A DNA stretch of 64,000 nt from Isurus oxyrinchus. Its lineage: Eukaryota. Below the pieces are notes generated by a model that saw only the letters and a program-made list of their open reading frames with translations, searched no databases and had not been told where the DNA came from. The position numbers and the translations under genes were made by a program. Each line of letters begins with the position of its first letter. Position 1 is the first letter of the stretch. Shown here in pieces: positions 61,160-64,000 of this stretch. The stretch lies in NCBI GenBank assembly GCA_026770705.1, contig JANJGN010000009.1:164052001-164116000 (forward strand), in the 5' to 3' direction.

Positions 61160-61552
61160 TGAGGTGGAGCTGGTGACTGAGGAGGCTGAGGTGGAGGCAG
61201 TGACTGAGGAGGCTGAGGTGGACATGGTGACTGAGGAGGCTGAGGTGGAGGCAGTGACTGAGGAGGCTGAGGTGGACGTGGTGACTGAGGAGGCTGAGGT
61301 GGAGGCAGTGACTGAGGAGGCTGAGGAAGAGGCAGTGACTGAGGAGGCTCAGGTGGAGGTGGTGGCTGAGGAGACTGAGGTGGAGGTGATGACTGAGGAG
61401 GCTGAGGCGGAGGCAGTGACTGAGGAGGTTGAGGTAGAGGTGGTGACTGAGGAGGTTGAGGTGGAGGCAGTGACTGATGAGGTTGAGGTGGAGGCAGTGA
61501 CTGAGGAGGTTGAGGTGGAGGCAGTGACTGAGGAGGCTGAGGTGGAGGTGGT
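61160..61552 (+). repeat. 27-bp minisatellite inside the acidic ORF 60921-61841
   Basis: About 14 units. The flank 61550-62343 is near-identical to 35103-35895. Confidence 0.95.
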
Positions 61553-62482
61553 TGCCGAGGCGATGGAGGTAGTGAATGTGGGGGTGGAGGAGGAGACATC
61601 AGCAGCGACAGCAGCAGAGACAGTGACTGAGGCTGAGGAGGGGGAGGCAGCGGCTGTGACAGTGACAGAGGGAGAAGCAGCGAAGGCGGCAGCAGCAAAG
61701 GCTGAGGCCACAGTGAGGGAGGCTGTGGAGAGGGAGCTGGAGGTAGGGCAGAGGCAGCGAGGAGACGGTACGAGACCAGGAGCAGCAACAAAACCTGCCT
61801 TGTGGTTTGAGAGGCTCAGGGCAATGGCGACTGTGAGTTGATATCTTCCATGTGCCATGTGTGTGTCTCCGAGTCAGCGCACCGGACCACACTGCTTCTG
61901 CCCGATTAGGGCGCTTCAGTGGAGTCCGACACCAGTCCAGTGCCACCCAGCTCCCATTCCCGAGGACAGGTGATGGAACCTGCCCAGTGCCAGGATGAGC
62001 TGCTTGGTAAGATCGGGAGGTGGGAAGTAGAGAAGGCAGCCGACCAGGAAAAGCTGGAGGATATCTCCAGGATTAATGACTGTCTCCAAGAAGAAACTCT
62101 TGTAGCCTTCAGGCAGGGTATATATATGTTTATATAGCTGCAATTTAAAGTTACCTGCCACATCCCTTTTAACACTTTCTAATGCAGCATCGCTCTGATC
62201 AGAATCAGATTTATTGGGGTTGTGCAAATGTCTCCCCAGCCTCTGATATAACAATAAAAAGCTGCTTTTTCCTTTCCAGTTGCAGTAAGAGGAATGTCCC
62301 AGCCTCTCAATGTGACAGGACAGCCCAGGACTATGTCTCTCAGTGCAACACCCAGGAACACACACAGTGCAGCCCCCACATTGATTGTTCCAGTTAGGGA
62401 GGGAAAAGCGTGCATGTGGAGTCAGTGTACAATTGGGAAGATATTGATTCTCACAACATTTCCACGGCTTTAAATCAAATTG

Positions 62483-62590
62483 AGTTCTGTTGAAGGGTCA
62501 TGAGGACTCGAAACTTCAACTTTGCTCTTCTCCGCCGATGCTGACAGACCTGCTGAGTTTTTCCACTTATTTCTGTTTTTGTTTTATTCT
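62483..62590 (+). mobile_element. Short PLE pLTR fragment with hammerhead motif (62483-62521)
   Basis: agtt-CTGTTGA-a-gggtc(atgag)gactc-GAAA-c-TTC-aact. Confidence 0.75.
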
Positions 62591-62766
62591 GAGTGTTTTG
62601 CTTGGAGTCAATTACAAGCAGCGTAGACAATGTCTGTGTTTTAATTGTGTCTGGCTGTCCTCGTTTTTCACAATAAAATTTGCCAGGCTTTTACTCAACT
62701 TTTATTCTGAGTGGTTTTTCTGAGTTTATGGAGATATAACCTCATATTCTGCTGAAATGCACTTTA

Positions 62767-63273
62767 NNNNNNNNNNNNNNNNNNNNNNNNNNNNNNNNNN
62801 NNNNNNNNNNNNNNNNNNNNNNNNNNNNNNNNNNNNNNNNNNNNNNNNNNNNNNNNNNNNNNNNNNNNNNNNNNNNNNNNNNNNNNNNNNNNNNNNNNNN
62901 NNNNNNNNNNNNNNNNNNNNNNNNNNNNNNNNNNNNNNNNNNNNNNNNNNNNNNNNNNNNNNNNNNNNNNNNNNNNNNNNNNNNNNNNNNNNNNNNNNNN
63001 NNNNNNNNNNNNNNNNNNNNNNNNNNNNNNNNNNNNNNNNNNNNNNNNNNNNNNNNNNNNNNNNNNNNNNNNNNNNNNNNNNNNNNNNNNNNNNNNNNNN
63101 NNNNNNNNNNNNNNNNNNNNNNNNNNNNNNNNNNNNNNNNNNNNNNNNNNNNNNNNNNNNNNNNNNNNNNNNNNNNNNNNNNNNNNNNNNNNNNNNNNNN
63201 NNNNNNNNNNNNNNNNNNNNNNNNNNNNNNNNNNNNNNNNNNNNNNNNNNNNNNNNNNNNNNNNNNNNNNNNN
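62767..63273. other. Assembly gap (N run)
   Basis: Continuous Ns. Confidence 1.
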
Positions 63274-63769
63274 CCCACACACACAAACAAACACAGTCAA
63301 ACATATGCACACACACAAATATCCTCAATAACCCCACAAACACCGATACGCACAGACAGCAATATCGTCCATCACGCCACACACACACACAGAAACCTAA
63401 GCACACACAGTAATATCCTCAATCACCCCCACACACACACACACATACACACACACACACACACAAACCTAAGCACACACAGTAATATCCTCAATCACCC
63501 ACACACACACACACACATTCACACACACACACACACACACATTCACACACACACACAAACCTAAGCACACACAGTAATATCCTCAATCACCCCCACACAC
63601 ACACACACATTCACACACACACACACACATACACACACACACACACAAACCTAAGCACACACAATAATATCCTCAATCACCCACACACACACACACACAC
63701 ATACACACACACACACACAAACATAAGCACACATAGTAATATCCTCAATCACCCCCACACACACACACA

Positions 63770-63816
<47 letters not shown>

Positions 63817-63876
63817 GCACACACAAACATAAGCACACACACTAATATCCTCAATCACATACACACACACACAAAC
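63274..63876. repeat. Compound satellite: AAACCTAAGCACACACAGTAATATCCTCAATCACCC + variable (CA)n
   Basis: At least 6 tandem units with variable CA tracts. Confidence 0.92.
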
Positions 63877-64000
63877 ATGGGAATGCGTGATTCAGTTCAT
63901 TGTTGACATTCTTGATCCTCATTTGGCCCTGCAATATATCAGTGCACCAGCAATAAACACCAACAGATAAACGGGAAAAGTAACCAGTTTGGACCAGTAC

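Noticed and set aside
62726-63413. Long ORFs across the N run
   Set aside because: Artefacts of the assembly gap.
63380-63860. CRISPR-like repeat-spacer array
   Set aside because: The spacers are just (CA)n tracts; vertebrate context, no cas genes.

Overview
Eukaryotic, repeat-rich vertebrate DNA. The repeat families point to a cartilaginous fish, probably a shark (inference). The core is a ~40.7-kb tandem duplication (position 1 matches 40691) carrying two + strand, multi-exon Ig-superfamily receptor genes. They share an ectodomain: a CD300/pIgR-type V domain, an FCRL-type C2 domain and a Ser/Thr stalk. Gene A (1476-20484; leader exon upstream of the window) has an uncharged TM and a tail with one ITSM-type and three ITIM-type motifs, so it looks inhibitory. 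Gene B (40263-51651+; last exon not resolved) has an unrelated TM with Arg/Asp, so it looks activating. Homology between the copies stops just before the TM exons. The V exons differ by ~26 amino acids but only one purely synonymous codon, which suggests a paired receptor under strong positive selection. Introns and spacers hold a Penelope-like retroelement array with hammerhead-ribozyme pLTRs, Tx1-like LINE and SINE copies stacked at one site inside a Harbinger-like transposon, CR1/L2 LINEs, Deu-type SINEs, MITEs, solo LTRs, a 27-bp minisatellite with an open Glu-rich frame, an assembly gap and a CA-rich satellite. All calls come from reading motifs by eye; no database search was run.
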